Origin: an uncultured Acidobacteriota bacterium
GTDB taxonomy: Bacteria > Acidobacteriota > UBA6911 > RPQK01 > JAPXNP01
Length of the DNA: 64,000 bases
Assembly (NCBI GenBank): GCA_963777605.1
Contig: CAVZRV010000007.1
Location: 192,001-256,000 of the forward strand
Reading direction: 5' to 3'
Part shown: positions 60,971-64,000 of the stretch, one piece after another
Layout of the letters: each line of letters opens with the position of its first letter
Numbering within the stretch: position 1 is the stretch's first letter
The notes under the pieces: model-generated
Told to the model about the DNA's origin: nothing
Databases searched by the model: none
Seen by the model: the letters and a program-made list of their open reading frames with translations, nothing else
Made by a program: the position numbers and the translations under genes

Positions 60971-61514
60971 AGAGCAACGTTCCCAACAAACTGCCCAACC
61001 ACCTCCGCCGCAGCAGTCGCAACAGACGGGATCCTATTCCTATGCGGAGAACCGGTCGGTTCGTGCCGCCCTCTGTGCGCTGGTACCCGGAATCGGTTCA
61101 GTGTACAACCGGGAGTACACGAAAGCCGTCGTTCACTTCGCGGTCTTTGCCGGTCTGGCGATCATCTCGGAGAGCGTCGGAATATTCGGCCTGGCTGCCT
61201 TCTCCTTTTACGTCTTCACCATTATCGATGCCTACCGATCGGCAGAGGTAATCAGTCGGAGAGGTGGCTCTCCGGAGACCGGAAGCGAAACCATGAATTT
61301 TCCCCTTTGGGGCGGGATCCTCATCCTCATGGGTGTGATCTTCCTGCTCGACAACCTCGGGGCAATCCGGATTCGGTCGATCATCGAATTCTGGCCCCTG
61401 ATCCTGGTTTTCATCGGCGGGCACCTGATCTATTCCTACGTGCGGCAAAACGGCGACCGCAAACCTGCGCCGCCAAGTTCAGGACCGGCAAGCAGTTCTG
61501 ACGACAGATTGTAG
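60963..61514 (+). CDS. LiaF/DUF5668-like membrane protein
   Basis: PGIGSVYN, GGILILMGVIFLLDNL, FWPLILV. Confidence 0.75.
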   Translation: MNEEQRSQQTAQPPPPQQSQQTGSYSYAENRSVRAALCALVPGIGSVYNREYTKAVVHFAVFAGLAIISESVGIFGLAAFSFYVFTIIDAYRSAEVISRRGGSPETGSETMNFPLWGGILILMGVIFLLDNLGAIRIRSIIEFWPLILVFIGGHLIYSYVRQNGDRKPAPPSSGPASSSDDRL

Positions 61515-61550
61515 TGTGAAGAACCGGAGTCACGAGAGGAGGACAGGTCG

Positions 61551-63320
61551 ATGTCGGCAAGGAAAACGAAAAGCTTGATCGCAGGGCTGCTCCTGGTAGT
61601 TGCCGGCGGCCTGTTTCTGGCAGTGAACCTGACCGCATTCAGAATTGACTGGTGGCTCGTTACCAAGACGATGTTTCCGGTTCTCTTCATCCTGGGCGGC
61701 GGGATCAAGCTCTGGCGATACGTGACCTGGCCGGAAGAGAGAACCCTGCAGTCGCCGGCATCGGCCAGCCTGCTGAGCGGACTGTTCTGGTTCTCTCTCG
61801 GTGCAGTGCTGCTGCTCGACATATTCGGAGTCCTCGATACGCTGGTCTTCGTCGGACTCTACTGGCCCGTAATCATCATCCTCTTCGGGCTCGGAAAGAT
61901 CCTGGACTACTACCGGTTCAAGGGAGGACTGCGGGTCCGGCCGGCCGAGATCTTCGGGATTGTCTTCGTTATCGTCTTCGGGATTGCCGCCAACCGGCTC
62001 TCCAAGGCCCACTTCCCCCCCTTCGAGGAACTCACGTGGGGCGAACTCTCTCTTCCCATACCGGCCGAGTTGGAGAAGAACAAATTCGAATTTGCCGCCG
62101 ATCAGACCGCTCCTTTGGAAAATGCTGCCGAGCTTCGCGTCCACAACCTTTACGGGGACATCGAGGTCTCCCGCGGCGACTCCAACGATGTTGCAATCAA
62201 GTTGACCAAGACGGTCAGGGCGGATACCCGGGCCGAAGCTGAAGAGACGGCATCCGCCATTCGGATCACAACCCGCACCGAGGAGGGCTATTTCCTGGTG
62301 GGTACCAACCGGGAAGAACTCGGACAGAAAGGGAAAAACCTCTCGACTCACTTTCGAATTACGGTGCCGGCTTCGCTGCCTGTCGTGATCGAGAACAGTT
62401 TTGGAGACGTGAAGATCACGGGTCGAGAGGCTCCCTGTAAGGTGACCAACTCCTACGGTCGGATCGATGTCGAGGATATCCGGGGAGACCTTCGCCTGGA
62501 GACCCGATACCAGGAAATATCGGTTCAAAAGGTGGAAGGGGACGTAACGGCTCAAAACCGTCGCGCCCCGGTTCGCCTGAACGAGATTAGCGGCTCAGTG
62601 GATGCCCGCACCGACTACGATGAGATTAGAGCTCAGGAAATCGGCGGGAAACTGACAGTGACGAATCATTTCGGCTCAATCAACCTGGCCGACCTGGCCG
62701 GTCCCGTTGAAATCGACGGGACCGGCTCCAAGGTGTCAATATCCCGGGCCCACCAGACCGTTGCGATCCAGAACTCGCACAGGGACGTCAAGCTGGATCA
62801 AATCGACGGGAACCTCCTCATTGAGACTTCCTACTCCAAAGTCGATCTGAAACGAACTCTCGGCGAAGTGGATCTCAAGGTGGTCCACTCGGAAGTGACC
62901 GCACGAGATCTTGGTGACGGCATAAAGATTCAGGGGCGCGGGTCGCAGATCGCACTCAAGGACGTCCGCGGGAAGATCGGGATCGAAACATCGCTGCGCC
63001 GGGTTTCAATCGAGGGTTTCGAAGGGCCTGTGACAATTCAGAACGAATATGGAGAAGTCAACCTGGGCACGAACGAAAACCTGGCAGGTCCGGTGAAGAT
63101 CAGCAACCGGAACGGCGCAATCGTCCTTTCACTGCCTGAAACGGTAGCTTTCCGACTGTCGGCCCAATCGGTCGGCGGTCAAATCAATTCCGATTTCAAC
63201 CCGACTCCGGAGGCTCCTGAGGGGGGCACTGCCGTCCTGGAGGCTTCGGTCGGAACGGGAGGCCCCGCGGTTGAACTTCAGACCACCTATTCCCGTATTC
63301 AGATAGTGAAGCGAGGTTAG
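61551..63320 (+). CDS. DUF4097 beta-strand repeat ('toast rack') protein with LiaF-like TMs
   Basis: YWPVIII TM motif; repeated NxxGxI beta units. Confidence 0.85.
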   Translation: MSARKTKSLIAGLLLVVAGGLFLAVNLTAFRIDWWLVTKTMFPVLFILGGGIKLWRYVTWPEERTLQSPASASLLSGLFWFSLGAVLLLDIFGVLDTLVFVGLYWPVIIILFGLGKILDYYRFKGGLRVRPAEIFGIVFVIVFGIAANRLSKAHFPPFEELTWGELSLPIPAELEKNKFEFAADQTAPLENAAELRVHNLYGDIEVSRGDSNDVAIKLTKTVRADTRAEAEETASAIRITTRTEEGYFLVGTNREELGQKGKNLSTHFRITVPASLPVVIENSFGDVKITGREAPCKVTNSYGRIDVEDIRGDLRLETRYQEISVQKVEGDVTAQNRRAPVRLNEISGSVDARTDYDEIRAQEIGGKLTVTNHFGSINLADLAGPVEIDGTGSKVSISRAHQTVAIQNSHRDVKLDQIDGNLLIETSYSKVDLKRTLGEVDLKVVHSEVTARDLGDGIKIQGRGSQIALKDVRGKIGIETSLRRVSIEGFEGPVTIQNEYGEVNLGTNENLAGPVKISNRNGAIVLSLPETVAFRLSAQSVGGQINSDFNPTPEAPEGGTAVLEASVGTGGPAVELQTTYSRIQIVKRG

Positions 63321-63323
63321 GTT

Positions 63324-64000
63324 ATGAGATTACAGCTTGCAGCGGTTCTACTATTCTGTTCGACCTCGGCCTGCGTCTTTCCCATCGAGAACTGGGTCGG
63401 CGACGCGAACTACGTCGACACCGCAAGGGAAGAGCCCCGTGGGACCGAGACAGAGTTGGCGGCGCGAGTCAGCCTGAAAGTCGGTGAACTCCAGGTTGAA
63501 CCTGGAAGCCCGGACAAGATCTACGAGGCCGAATTCCATTACAACGACCTGGCATTCAAACCGGACGTCTCTTTTGAACGACAAGACGGTGGCCGAGCCG
63601 ATCTTTCCGTCTCGCTTGAAGGGGAGTCCCACTCCTTTGGCAGCGCCGAGAACAACTCCATCCGGCTGCGGCTCAACCCGGAAGTGCCTCTCGATCTGCA
63701 ACTCAATGCCGGGGTAGGTTCGAGTACCGTTGACTTGAGTGGAATGCACGTGGCCCGGGTTGAGATTCAGAGCGGAGTCGGAGAGACCCGGTTGCACATG
63801 CTCGAACCGAACCGTTCCGATTGCAAGCTGGTCGAGATTTCCAGCGGTGTCGGGGAATTTTCCCTGACCGGTCTCGGCAACTTCGGGTTCGACGAGTTTC
63901 GGCTCCGCGGAGGAGTCGGCGAGTCCGACCTTGATTTATCGGGAGACTGGTCGAAGGTAGGTGAAGTCGAGATCGAGGTCGGCGTTGGAGAGATCGACGT
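63324..64000 (+). CDS. Toast-rack (DUF2154/LiaF-like) lipoprotein, partial
   Basis: MRLQLAAVLLFCSTSAC lipobox; repeated GVGES/GVGET units; open to the window end (not in the ORF track). Confidence 0.75.
   Translation, partial: MRLQLAAVLLFCSTSACVFPIENWVGDANYVDTAREEPRGTETELAARVSLKVGELQVEPGSPDKIYEAEFHYNDLAFKPDVSFERQDGGRADLSVSLEGESHSFGSAENNSIRLRLNPEVPLDLQLNAGVGSSTVDLSGMHVARVEIQSGVGETRLHMLEPNRSDCKLVEISSGVGEFSLTGLGNFGFDEFRLRGGVGESDLDLSGDWSKVGEVEIEVGVGEID

Overview
A 64-kb bacterial chromosomal segment of roughly 60% GC. Gene content suggests Acidobacteriota (inference: TPR-CRTAC1/ASPIC-UnbV protein, ECF-ZAS-LiaF-DUF4097 operon, OmpA-PKD, bactofilin pair). It holds a partly frameshifted Tad/Flp pilus locus, a PhoU fusion, MscS, deoC-ROK-BASS, a nuclease-DinG helicase, TolC, an M16 protease pair, an ACAD-ETF-ETFQO-fabI cluster, tRNA-Thr(CGT), tdh, queC, rnc, thiL, nrdR and an ECF sigma operon. 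No CRISPR array, prophage, integrase or transposase was seen. The best novel candidate is a ~385-nt, multi-domain, strand-specifically folded non-coding RNA at 20601-20990. It has its own sigma70 promoter and upstream palindromes, and I could not match it by eye to RNase P, SRP, tmRNA or 6S. Also notable: GTAG-type REP repeats (a 3x99-bp array, with two REPs supplying stop codons), many apparently leaderless genes, a PhoU fused to a dead LMW-PTP/ArsC domain, and an orphan zinc anti-sigma mini-protein. Scattered single-base frameshifts are probably assembly errors. All calls come from manual reading; no searches were run.
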